Origin: Perkinsus chesapeaki ATCC PRA-425
Taxonomy: Eukaryota; Protista; Perkinsozoa
Assembly (NCBI GenBank): GCA_013115145.1
Contig: JAAPAO010000135.1
Span: forward strand, 1 to 64,000
Length of the DNA stretch: 64,000 nucleotides
Reading direction: 5' to 3'
Part shown: positions 39,892-52,600 of the stretch, in pieces
How positions within the stretch are numbered: the first letter of the stretch is position 1
Layout: each line of letters begins with the position of its first letter
Notes under the pieces: generated by a model
Seen by the model: only the letters and a program-made list of their open reading frames with translations
Database searches by the model: none
What the model was told of the DNA's origin: nothing
Made by a program: the position numbers and the translations under genes

Positions 39892-41988
39892 ATGACGAGT
39901 TCTGATTCTCAATCGGACTCAATCAAAGCCGGTGTCATCGAGCAAGCTGAGAGTCTATATCACTTTAACGACTATGGAATAGTCTCAGCAGCATATCTCA
40001 CTAAACCATCTCTTGAAGGTATGCCAGTCACCAGCCCAGAACGGCCTTGTGAGGTAAGAAAAGGGGGCATAAATAGCCCACGGATCAAACGCTTAGAAAT
40101 CATCGCAGCCATACAACGTGTCACTCACATAGACATCAAACATGGGTTTGGTTCATGAAACTGTCCGCCGTCGCCAGACAGTCTCGTTCGAATTTGAAGT
40201 AAGAATTCCGCTACCTACGAAAGCTATTACGGTCCTGTGTATTCCCGCTGTGATCACTACAACTTTCGGGAGAAAGTTGTTTCGGACTGAGGAGTTTTCT
40301 CAGATTCTGTCGGTAGATGACGATCCTATCAATCAAATGGTCATATCATCTGTCCTTGAATCCTCTGGGTTTACAGTCCACCAAGCCATGGACGGTTTTG
40401 AAGCTTTAGACTACATGTCCACAACAACCAAACTGCCCGATCTGATACTACTCGACGTGATGATGCCCGGTAGCATCAGCAACGGTTTAGTCGAATCGTT
40501 CCGAACTCTTTAGCTCAGGCATGAGCGGTTACGAGGTCTGCGCAAAGCTGCGAGCCCAGTACTCTCCTGATTTACCAATCATCATGATATCTGCCAAGAA
40601 CTCAAGCGATGATGTTATCAAGGGCCTTAGGTAACAATAGTCATCTTATTCGATACATCAGCATGAAGGTACAAGTGTAACGATTATGTCACAAAGCCTT
40701 TTGAGAAAACTGAGCTATTAGCGAGAATTAGCTCACAAGTTAAGCTCCGTCAGATGGTTGGCATCCAGGTAACTTCCTTTATCACCTCTGACAGAAACTG
40801 CTAACTGTGACGACAACTGTGCTGAGAGGGGTCTCCGTTGATCCTTCTTTCCGGAGGACAATGGGTTGCCAGCAGCTTCGAGCTTGGAGAAAATCGAATC
40901 CATCTTTCCACAGGCCCAACACTGTTTGGGCGATCAATTCCGCGACACAAATGTTTTGTGGTAAGTGAGTGAAACTACAGAATATGTTTCACACCGGTAG
41001 CACTTTCGAAACTGAAAAGAGATCCCTGGGGAAGCGTTGTTGATGACATGTCCAGGCAAGGCACCGGATGGCACTACGAATCGTTAATACGATCCTCCCG
41101 GATGACGTTGCCGAACAAACTACTGGGGGAATACTGGACTATTTTGCCGTACACGGGAATGTCGCTTTAGTGAACTGGTAGGAATGCGAAGTTGTATAGC
41201 ACATGGCTCCACTTTGCATCAGCCACGTTGATGGTCTGAGCCTGAAGAGCCCAGGAAATGCTGTACTACTCCTAAACCGCTACTTCAAGGACCTAGACGA
41301 AAAAGTGTCCACTGATCAAAGGGTACAGAAGATCGAAACATCAACCGACGCTTATACGGTCGCGACCGGGATGTCTCCAGAAGAATGCGATGAACACATG
41401 GCTCGTGGGTTCTCATTATCGTTCTTTGGTCACTTGATCTGTGATAGATGCGTTAGAGATCGGATTGTTGATGATTGAGCTAGCTGAGGCTAACGAATTA
41501 CAAGTCACGGTTCGTATCGACCATATGCGGAATGTAGGCGCTGGTTTAATCAGAACAAGCTGCCCGAGGTAAGCCATACAATAGCAAGTCAACACAAAAG
41601 GGTCTTATGATGAGAGATCATCGATACTTTCGGAACGCTATATGACGAGCACCATGCGACATTTTGGTAGGTCCACTTATCACTTGTGATTTTTATAACT
41701 AATTTATTCAAGCTAATTGGAAGCTATCATGATCAGGGTTGATTGAATTTTACGGTTTGCATTATATTCCTCAGCGGTTCGTGGATGGTGAACAGGTACA
41801 TGCTTTTCGACAACGGTACAAGATCCTCTCTATGCCCGACCAGCATTAGCGGCACTCAAAGCATACAAATGAGTAATCTCATAACTGCTTCATATATCAT
41901 TGAGATATCCTCACGGATTGTCATACAACTGTTGGTTCTTCAGGCCAAGGTGCATACGAAATCTTCCGAGGCCAGATTGAAAATATAA
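39892..41988 (+). CDS. Response-regulator receiver domain fused to a degenerate class III (guanylyl-type) nucleotidyl cyclase domain
   Basis: REC: ILSVDDDPINQ, LPDLILLDVMMPG-MSGYEVC, IIMISAK, CNDYVTKPF. Cyclase: NTILPDDVAEQ, VALVNC-HVDGL, LLLNRYF, KIETSTDAYTVATG, VRIDHMRNVGAG. The 5' end may extend to about 39153. Confidence 0.85.
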
Positions 41989-42669
41989 GCCAAGAGAAAA
42001 GTGAGCTACTCCAGCGGATCAATTTCGTTGAAGTGAAAGTTCCCGGTCCGTCTGAAAAAAGTCGGCGCCCCAGAATAATGTAGGTTAATCGTTACCTTAA
42101 GAGTCTGGTTGGTCTCCTTGAATGGGCGCTGTGCTTATACAGGTACACTGCCGCTTTAGGCGAGAAAGAACAGGAATCCGATGAGACGATAGACAACTGT
42201 GAGTTGGTGTATAAGTCAATTTTAAGTTTGCGTTCTTGAGCTTCCGCATCGATACTATATAATGGAACATGATAGCCTTGATGTCTAATACACCATATTA
42301 GAGTCTAACTATTTGATAAATGTAATTGAGACCACAGTACCATATGCCTTCTCAAATCCCTTCTCACCCTTCCAACATGCCTGACTTTACATTGGATCTT
42401 TTGAGTGGATGGGGTGTGCGACAGTAGGAGTTACAAGGGTCAGTCAACTTTGCAATCTAAAAACCCCGCGGTATAATTGAGATGGTTTTTTTACAAAAGC
42501 CAAAGAATGCCATAACAAAATTGAGCGTCGATTCTCCTACTCGATAAATATACAGTATGCAGTAAACAGAAACTGTATTACAGAAGCAGTAGGCAACGAA
42601 GATAGATAGCAGATAGACTGCGGACTTAATCACTTATCTGAACTGTCACAGTAAAGAGGCATTTAGGTG

Positions 42670-43675
42670 ATGGCCTACAGTGCAAGCTTGTACAACAAGA
42701 TCAGCACGGTGAAAAGGCTCCCGAAGGATATCTCAGCGGGTTGAAGATTCTTGCCGGTGACACTCAGAAATTGCAGGAGAGAAGGAATGAAATAGTCGAT
42801 TTAAGTGGGGAAGTGGGGCGGGTAAGTATAGCTTTGCACATATGGATTCAGCGAGGAGTTCTAACTGGAAGACAACAGCAAAGGGTTACTGTTTTATCAA
42901 ATTGTATTTTACACTATCAAACTGATACGATTATCTTGTGATGGATGGTCTCCAATTCAGTTACAGTATAACATCAATAATTTGACTAAGTGCCTCTCTC
43001 TTGCACAAAGGATAAGTACAAAGAACATTGAAGGTGAGTGGAGAGAGACGGCAGCCTTCTCAGGCTTTAGTTTGCCACCTGTACGGTCTGATTAGCGGGA
43101 GCGGTATTTTGCAAGATACCACGGATGACGAGAATCTTCTTGATGCGGAGAGACGAGCAGCATTGCACTCCAGACTTGGGTAAATTATTTCCTGCTAACC
43201 ACTGGTTAATGATATAAATATATTTCATTCCTAAGAGTCGCTCCCTCCGGGGACTGCCCTATAAAAAAAGCAGGCCATTTCTGAGTTGTTCAAAGTAGGC
43301 ATGGTGCACACACTACTCAGTTTGAAGATAAGCGGAACGTCCGAGAAGCGTGGGATGAACTCAGTGTTAAGATGAGAGAGAACGGAGTATGTTCACATGT
43401 ACCGTGTCACGCTTCTTTGGAAGCTGTCTGAGACAGCCTGTCTCTCTGGATAGCTGAGCCAATCGAACTGGGTCTACGTTTCGTTGGCCTGTGGTTGAAT
43501 GCTCCAAGATTTGGTACATCAGATCTCCGATTCGGTTGATGATGTCCTATGTTTCCTGGAGCTTCTTCAACGAAAGTGCCACTCCACTCATAAGGAGGAC
43601 CGTACTCGGACAAAGAAGAGACCAGTTGGCCGGTCGAGTGGTGAGAAGCCTAAGATTGCTAAGATTAGTTCATAG
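42670..43675 (+). CDS. Hypothetical multi-exon protein with a basic C-terminus
   Basis: MAYSASLYNKISTVKRLPKD... first exon to a GTAAGT donor, further open exons, last exon ...RTKKRPVGRSSGEKPKIAKISS*. Confidence 0.45.
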
Positions 43676-44703
43676 AACGCTGCCATCCAGCAGGGCTGGA
43701 TAGATTCTAAATCACAAATATATGCTAGCCCGCTTCGATTGAGATTACGTAACCGGATAGCAATTGTATATTGTGCAAAACGTACAAGGTAGTTCTCCAA
43801 CTATGTCACTTAATACATAGGCCCGTGTACTTCGGCTACAATACTAACCAGTTTTCATATGGCCGAATGCGATCGCTTATTTTCGGACTTGTTCTCAACG
43901 CCATATCTACTTCCCTCGTTAGGGGTTATAGTGTATACTGTTTTTTGGAATACAGGTGCAAGGAGAAAGGTCGATAGCGGCAAGGTTCGGCATCGACAAC
44001 GCGAGTTACGAGTAAGCCTCCCGAATGCTTTCGAAAACAACTGTCGTATTGTTTAGTATGAAATTCAAGAGCTCCAGAGGAAGATTAGGTCTCTTGGAGA
44101 TTCGAAGCATGCTACCGATGCGCCGAAGATATCCTCATCTTGTCGAGAGAGGATCCCGAAGCCTGTCGGAGTCGAAGACTTGAGTAGCAAGGCTGTACTG
44201 AGATCCACGGAGGATCTTCGGCATCAGAACGATAATATTAGTGAGCGGTAGGGCCTCGCTTAACGGTTCAGGAAATCTGCATCAGTTTTGAGCATACTGT
44301 TATATAGGATAGCGGATATATCAAAGGAGACGTCAGCAATCAGAAGGCGCGTCTTCGCGGAGCACCCAGAAGTATTGGAGCTGGAGGAGCTAGAAAAGAG
44401 ATTGGATGACCTGCTAAGGGAACGAGAAGCCATGGAGAATTCGATATAGTTGAGAAGAGTCAAACCTATGCTGAGTTATTGTTGAGTTGACCAGTACTGG
44501 AAGTTCAATTGAGAAGTCCAAACGAAAACATGAGACCAGTACGATATCATAAATACTGACCAAGTACGTAGCTATAAATTATACTCCAAAAAATGATGTG
44601 GAAAAATTCAAAACGGAAAATAGCCTTCAAGCCATGTATCATCTCTTGCAACTGCCCGACCCCCTCGATCGATTCAGGGATCCTCATTCAAGGAAGGGAA
44701 TAT

Positions 44704-44862
44704 CATGGAGCATTATAATAGCATCTATTGTGCATGCGTGCACAACAACTACCTCCCATGGAGCATTATAATAGCATCTATTGTGCATGCGTGCACAACA
44801 ACTACCTCCCATGGAGCATTATAATAGCATCTATTGTGCATGCGTGCACAACAACTACCTCC
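44704..44862. repeat. Perfect tandem repeat, 3 x 53 bp
   Basis: Unit CATGGAGCATTATAATAGCATCTATTGTGCATGCGTGCACAACAACTACCTCC starts at 44704, 44757 and 44810. Confidence 0.98.
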
Positions 44863-46476
44863 TGTCACAGGAGTCCTGTGAGATGAAACCGCTGAGTGTG
44901 GGAGATTGGAGGAAGTTCGAGGGTCCCGTGCTGGTACCAGCGGCCAGGTGGCGGATCGTAGTCATGAGACATAAAACGCGCGCTGACGGGAGCCCGAAGA
45001 CCCAGCAGGTCCGCAGCTGCAACGTGAGAAGCAAAGATGATGTAATACATCAGATGCATTGAGACACCAACTAGGCCTCACGGCTACAAGTGCTGAGCTG
45101 CCAGGCCCAACCACACTCCTGGCAAAAAAAGAAAGGGGGGAAGCAGGGATACCACTGCGCGATGCAGACGGTGCGTAACCTGAGTTCCGACCCTGCCACC
45201 GCGGCACTAGTGGCAGTGCTTCAAAAGTCGCCAGCCGTCTAGCTCAAGACCGTAGTTCAGTCGGGGCCCGCACACTTCGTCCCGGTCCCATTCCACCGCC
45301 GAAACCGTTGGGCGACGCTCCGGTTTCGGGGGAATCTTCATAGTTCGCAGGCTGCACAGCGCACAGCGCGTCAGGATTCACCAGGTCACTCCCACTGCTG
45401 TTTTACGCGCGTCGAATCCTACGGATTTAACTTGGAAGTAAACGAAGAAGTGCTACCTGCCAACCAGGATCGATTAAAGCAGTTCTGCTGTCATTATTCA
45501 CTGTCGGCATTACGACTCTTCGAAGTTATCAAGGAAATCAGGTTGGAGTGCTTGATTTGATCATCAATCGTGTTTACGTTCCGAGGGAAGAAGGCCCGAA
45601 GCTTTTGATTATCTCTTACCGCACAAACCCCATATCACAGCACTCTACATGTTGTAGTGGAGAGCCGATACTGTAAGCATTTCCCAGACATACACTTGCA
45701 CACTTATATATATTTCTTGCCGCACAATAACTGTCCCCTTAGCTAATTGTCCAGTTATTGCTGTTGTTACTTATTGCTATTGTTGGGTACATGTTGTGTT
45801 AACTATGGATCCTAAGGAAACACCCGAACAATACCACAGTTTGTATACACAATCAATGCACCACGTGTTTCCAAAATAAGCATTGGTGGGAACCCTGAAA
45901 GTTAAACTCTATGCAATGCCTGGGAGATGTTTTGTCACGCGCAGCCTTTGGAGACAAAACAGGATCGTTGACCTCGTGAAAGCTTAGGTATCCGATGACT
46001 AGTGTTCAAATAAACTATTGACACAGCTGAAATACAGTGGCGTAGCTGGGTACTTGACAGTGGGGGGGCAAGGTGGGGGCAGACCTACACCGCTAAGGGT
46101 CAATTACTGTCCCCAAAACCCATACCCCATAGCACCCATACCTGCCAGCAGGAGGGGCAGCGTGGGGGGCGAGCACCGCTGCAGGGGGGCTACCAGGCTA
46201 AGGTTAACATTGGTCGTTTCACTGATTTGTGCACTTTGCTCATGGGCAGCCATAGTGTGACGCCATTACTTCTGCGATAGTTTTGGACTTCTTAATGCTG
46301 CCGAAATTCCAAATATGATGCTACCAACTCAACTAACTGTGAAAGAATGTGTTAATAGTGTTAATAACAGCATGAAAGGATATAAAAAGTATAAATTAAT
46401 AAATGAAATATGAAATATGCATAAGCTCTGCAATACTGAACAGCTGGCTGCCAGCTGCTGGCATAATATCCACTAT

Positions 46477-46893
46477 TCAGATAGTCTGTGATTGTTTTTG
46501 TATCTTGATGAGTTCTCTTTCCACAACCACATTGTAACTTGTACCCTCATCGACCTCGATAAACATGGTGAAGTCATCAGTCGAGTAGCTTCGCTCAGGA
46601 CATATCGTATTCAAATCATTTATCATCATCTCTATATCTTCAAGGTCATCTTCCGTTACATGAAATACAGACTCCTCAAAATCAGGGTCTGCCTCAATAC
46701 CCACAGTGCTGGAGGCCGGTCTTTTAGTAGCATTGCAGGTCACCTCCATGTTGACATATGCACCAGGAGGGTCATGGAATGTAAAATCAATATAAAGGTA
46801 AGGGTTGGTAACTTCCCCTTTGTAAGTGCCGTTCGGGTAGACGGCGTGAGACTGAGAGATCATCCAGATGAGGAGTACCGTGTAGAAGGGCAT
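46477..46893 (-). CDS. Intronless secreted orphan protein, family B copy 1
   Basis: MPFYTVLLIWMISQSHA/VYPNGTYKGEVTNPYL with a conserved Cys pair (VTCN, ICP). The ORF track start at 46899 is TTG; the ATG is at 46893. Confidence 0.85.
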   Translation of the reverse strand: MPFYTVLLIWMISQSHAVYPNGTYKGEVTNPYLYIDFTFHDPPGAYVNMEVTCNATKRPASSTVGIEADPDFEESVFHVTEDDLEDIEMMINDLNTICPERSYSTDDFTMFIEVDEGTSYNVVVERELIKIQKQSQTI

Positions 46894-48045
46894 GTCCAAT
46901 AGTAGAGATGTAACACTAAATACATACTTGTTCTCCTATAGCTTCCAAAGCGCAATATTCTGCCCTCACAAATAGAAATTTGGACAGCTCTGTACAGGGA
47001 TCGAAATATATAGGTTCCAGTGGCTCGCAGCTGCTTCAGTGAAGTATCGGGGGGGTCCTTCACAGTGTACCAGGTTAGAGGTGACGGCGGGGAGTGTGTG
47101 CATGCGTTTAGGGAACGCCTGCGCGATGGTAAACGCCGTTCAGCAATCGCTTCGCAACGGAAATTCTGTTGCAGAATCCCCATTTGTGATAGTATGATAC
47201 TATTAGTATCCATTGTGCAAGCGCGACAAGTATCTCCTGCGGCCCGCAGGCTGCGGGAGCAAACGTAGAAATGTCACTTGCGTCCAATGTCTGCGATGCT
47301 TGGGAGCAGCTCTATCACGCGCCACGTTCGGCAATAAGACAAGATCGTTATGCGATGCATGCGTCCAGATCATTGTGATGCACGTACACGCAAACACAAT
47401 ATACAATAGACGTTCATGAACCGCTTTGGGCGAAATACTGGTATATTGAGGCCAAACGAGGCGATTCTGAGCCAGTTGTTTGTTATTTTTTTTAAATCCT
47501 AGGTAGGGAGATGTCTCTCGATGGTTAATGAACTGATTTACATAAATCGACAGAGTATTGTCATAAATTATTACTCATAATACCATCGTAGACATGGATA
47601 GCACCAATCTCTCAAACAATCATCGAATTATAACTTATTTGAGATTCAGTGCTCTCCCCTTCCCACACTCCCGTACCATGGGTTTTTACACGGTTAAAAT
47701 CGGTGAGTTATACAATTAGTGTCTGAATTTCTGACGGCAGCTTGAATAGCGCGGGAGACGGAGTAGTTACTTTTGATATGGTCCTGGAGTTGTAAACAGT
47801 CTTGGATACAATCGGCCGGGATCATCGGTATACTAGAAACTCAACTAACTGTGAAAGAGAGCGTTGATAGTGCTACTAACAGCATGAAGATAGAAAAGAT
47901 AGATGTGTCGTAATGACATGCTGAAGTCTCGAATGTTCGAAATGAAGTATGAAATATGTCTTAGCTTCGCAATACCGAATAGCGGAGCATAATAGTCACA
48001 TGCTCTATGTGACATAGGTTTCCATCCAGATAGCCTAAAGATTCC

Positions 48046-48465
48046 TTAGTAAGGAATCTTTTGTATCTTGACAGGTTCTTGGTTCACATACACATTGTAA
48101 CTAACACCCTTGTCGACCTCGATGAACACAGTGAAGTCACCTATCGAATAGTCTCGGCCAGGACACGTCATATCCAAATCAGCTGTCATTTGCTGTATAG
48201 AGTCTATGTCAATTCCCGATACATAGAACTTAGTCTCATAAGAACCCCTCGCCGCCTCAATACCCACAGTACTGGAGGCCGGCCCTTTAGTATCATCACA
48301 GGTCACATGCATGTCGACATAAGGAGTCTCTGGATAAGGGGGCTCATAAAAGATACAATTAATGGATAGGTAAGGGTTGGTAACTTCCCCTTTGTAAGTG
48401 CCGTTCGGGTAAACGGCGTGGGACTCAGAGATCATCCAGATGAGGAGTACCGTGTAGAAGGGCAT
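48046..48465 (-). CDS. Intronless secreted orphan protein, family B copy 2 (tandem paralog)
   Basis: Near-identical signal peptide and N-terminus to 46477-46893, same Cys pair, duplicated flanks. Confidence 0.85.
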   Translation of the reverse strand: MPFYTVLLIWMISESHAVYPNGTYKGEVTNPYLSINCIFYEPPYPETPYVDMHVTCDDTKGPASSTVGIEAARGSYETKFYVSGIDIDSIQQMTADLDMTCPGRDYSIGDFTVFIEVDKGVSYNVYVNQEPVKIQKIPY

Positions 48466-49611
48466 GTCCAATAGTAGAGATGTAACACTAAATACATACT
48501 TGTTCTCCTATAGCTTCCAAAGCGCAATAGTCTGCCCTCACGAATAGAAATTTGGACAGCTCTCTACTGAGATCGAACTATACAGGTTTCAGTATCTCGC
48601 AGCTACTCCTCATAGTAATAGTTCGGGGAGGATGTGCACTTAGCGCATGCGTTCAGTGAACGCAATGGTGCACGCCGTTCACCCTTGGTGCCTTAGCAAG
48701 GCTGCCTAATGCGAGCCTAACTAAGTGTGGCTTATTTCAGCTCATTTCCCTATATTTCATTATCATTGTATGCATTGGTGCTCAGCGTTAGTCTTCAGAG
48801 AAGGCCGTTTGAACTCCGAACATTGGGTTATGGAAGCCATCCAGAAAGCGCGCACATTATGTGCGTAGAAGATCATCGATCGAGGGACTATAGTTGCCGA
48901 GCAACACCGCCAATACGTTCGGGTATCCGGCACAGTTATAACTTTTATATAAGGAAGCTGCTGTCTAGGATTTGAGCTCGAGATGATCAGTGAGGGCTTC
49001 ACGGAAAGCGTTTATAGTCCATTACTTCGCACCGGAGCTAAAACGCACGCACCACAGTGCGTGTTGCATTACTCGATATGAAGCTTGTGCACTGCAACGG
49101 TACAAAGGCTTCAGTCACAATTATTTTACTTTAGCCGAAATCTGTCGGCAATGGGAGTTGCTGTCAGCAAAGACTGCTGGTGAAATATAATGCCTCCCAG
49201 CGAGTGAGCTGTTCTCCGCGTCTTCGGCGTCGATCGGTATACGATCCGAGATTCTCAGTCATGGAGGTACCTTATGCACTTGAGCTCCGATAGATGGTAA
49301 CACTTCTAGCTGCTGGTTCTTGGAATGCAAGCCTGAAGCTACTCGTATTGACAGTTGGATTTGGCGCTCAGGCAAACTTGTCTCCTTTGTGTTATAACGG
49401 TGCGCGAATTACACGATATGGTTCCATTAGAGTATAGTCCTAAATAGTTATGACTCTTTGATGTTTAAAACAAAACAAACTATTCATTGGAAACGTTAAG
49501 ACAGATTGCTTATAGATCATCTGACAGTTGTATATCATCGTCAGCTTGTCCAGTAGTATCCAAAGCGAGTAAGCCACCGAGATCACGATAGTACCTACAA
49601 AAGCAACAGCT

Positions 49612-52600
49612 CTACGACATAAGGCTCATATCGGAGTACCCTAAACCACGAGATCCCATTTTAAATGAGAATCCTTCCTTTTCTCCCGAGAACGACGAAG
49701 CTTCAATGAAGTCGAGCTTCTCCTCTTGAAGTCTCAATCGCTTCGCAACAGAGTCTCCAGTTCCATCGTCACGTCGTCCTGCAGGCAATTTCCCAGATTC
49801 CAACTACTAAGGTTTCTCACCTCGCTTTCTCTCGGCTAACCTTTCCGCAGCAGCCATAGGGTCCGCCTAAAGTACACATCACGGTGACTCACGGAGAGCC
49901 CTCCAAACCTGATCGTCGTCTCCTTCCCCATCTTGCTTGTCCCTCTCCAACTGTTCGGTTATCTGATGACTTATATCAGTGGCGTTGAAATGTTGTCTGG
50001 AATATTGTGCCATAACACTTCGCCAAATCCGCCTCAATTCACGGTATCTGACCAACTCTGGGACGACGTTAAGATCTTCATCCCCCTACGTATCAGCATT
50101 GCCGTAAGCGAGCTCGAACTCCTTCCATTCGTCCCAGAAGTTACCAATGTAATCTTCGCTCTTTTCTTTGCCTAACATCAGTAATATTTTCGTTTATCTG
50201 TGCAAGCTGTTGTTTACTTGGGTCACAGTATTGACTGCAATGCTTCAGGATCGCACGTGCTCTATCAATCTCCCCCATCGCTCTTTCAATATTACTATAC
50301 CTGCTTTAAAACCTAACCACAACTCACCACACTGCTACACCTACTGGAGACACATCTGCACGATCTGCCGGTCGCTGTCAAGAGTCGCTGATTGACACAA
50401 GTGATGTTAGAAATTTACCGACTATCTTACCAATTGCTTCTTCATAGATTGGCCTCGTAGCAGGAGCCCCGAGAAGGTCGACCGTTTTAGCGAGGAGGAG
50501 ATTGTACCTTAGAAAGTATCCATTGATCTGGGGCGAGCGAGAGTTGGCTTACATGCGAACCCGCTCATTCTTTTCAACCTTGGCAACTCCACGGTGGAGA
50601 ATCTTTAAAGATTCCTTTGCCAAGCCATACCTCTCCTCAAACTGGGCATACATCTGATACCTGAAATTAAGTGTCGATCCAATAACATCATCAGCCTGTC
50701 ATCTTACATCATTCGACAATACTTAGCAGGGCAATGAGCCAATGCATGATCGAATAGCTCTCGTGCACGCTCAAGCTTAGATCCTTTATAACGCTTGGTG
50801 AACTTCGATAAATAAAGTACCTAACCGCAAGGGATGATCTCTGACCAGGCCTCCGAAGTTAATAGATAGGGCAATCGGTGGCGCTCAGGATAATGAAATT
50901 GCGTGGAATGGTCGCCTCTAGCAAACCATAGCAGAGCCCTTCTCGAAAACGACATGACTTTATTCCTACCAAAAGGTTACAGTCGGAACTTTCCTTAAAC
51001 TTACCCAGATATCCTTGGCATGCGGCCATCTGAACAGACTGACGGCGCGCTCGTACACTTGAAAAGACTTCTCGAAATATTTATTTTCCTCCTCAAATTG
51101 AGCATAATCAATACCTGACAGCCTCCTACTGTACAGCTAAAGATGGGAACCTTACATGTCTGCGGTGTAGCAACTTTCAAATCTATCATTCTGTCATAAA
51201 CCGCGCGCGTAGTGTCCTAAAATGTACGCTTCAACGAAAGATACGTGCGCACGCGTGCATACCAAATTTTTAGCAATGAATCTTTCACAATCGGCCGCCA
51301 AGTGCCACAAGCGAACACTTCTCTGCAGCTGGGCTTGAACTGTACCAGGCTCCGCTCCCTTGTACTGCCCGACCGCGCGCCGCGAAATCTCCAACGCCTG
51401 AAATCATTAATATTCTTCTCGATTTCCACCATAACCAACCTGTTTGTTATTCTTCTGTTGGATTTCCATTTCAATCCAAGAGCACCAAATCGAGGCCAAC
51501 TCATCTGAGTTTCTAAACTCTACCTTAACTGCCTTCTCATAGACCGCTCGCGCATTCGCCAGATCTTTGCCAGTATTAACGTAATAACTGAAATAACAAA
51601 AGTCCAACTGTGGTCAGTTACTCAACGGTGGTGGGAGTCTGTATGTCGACCGTTAGCTTTTTACCAACGACACTTTGTTCAATTTCGAGGGCATCACGCA
51701 GTTTACATTTTATAATAATGACTCATTTCCACAAAGCTGGCGGTTTCGGATACTTGGGCATTTCTTTAAAGGGGTTAGAAAACTTCTCCACTAGTATGAA
51801 CTTCATTATCGTCTATATCTGCATGCACGTGTCGATAGGTATATCGCAACTGTTGCTGCTGCTGCTGTTCATTAGCATTTTTCCCAAAGTAAACTAGCAT
51901 CAGTGCCAGAACCTCTAGTGTATCCAGCTGCACGCTGTTCCAGCTTGTCTTGAAGATATCTTCTTACTTAGCAAATTCAATCCAGAGACGGCTCAGCCTC
52001 CCATCAGCTTGATTCGGATCAACTGTCTTCACCCCCTCAGCGAAGGTTTCTGATAGGACGTCAACTCGCCACGAAACTATACTGTCAAACAAACCTTACT
52101 AATGACAGTCAGAGGGTCATCACGGAAGAGCTTGGCACGGGAGATCCACTCGGACACATTATTAGGATTTTGACGAAGTTTCACTTGAGATTGCAAATCC
52201 AATCTTCGATCGATCAACTTAGCAAGCACCTGGAAATGGCCATGTTACCCGCATCACAACTGACAGTCCGGAATAAAGGCCATCATATAGAAGCTCCATC
52301 TTCACACTGGTCGACCGGGGAATGCTGGAGGAGAGGAAGGCAGGACTAGTTTACTTCTTTGATGACACTATATGAGTCTCCATTATATCACGTTGCTAGG
52401 GATACTGCGACAACAAGTCAAATATAGCCATTTTAACTGTAGCAACCCGACCATGCCTATCCAAGGTGAACGGTAGGCACACAGAATGATGGACAACTTG
52501 TCCTGGTTCACAAGGTTCATTCTTATTCCACTCCACAGAGAGTAACCTTCCTTTTCTTTTCAAACTCCATTCTATCCGTTAAATATTCCTGTAATACCCG

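Noticed and set aside
41101-41222. Suspected frameshift in the REC-cyclase gene
   Set aside because: Splicing 41178-41222 restores a continuous frame (AEQTTGGILDYFAVHGNVALVNC-HVDGL).
43855-44500. Possible minus-strand gene
   Set aside because: Only a short Ser-rich ORF was found; no coherent exon chain or motif could be built.
44704-44862. CRISPR-like array
   Set aside because: The units are contiguous with no unique spacers, the context is eukaryotic, and there are no cas genes. The same applies to the 19-bp array at 6584-6859.
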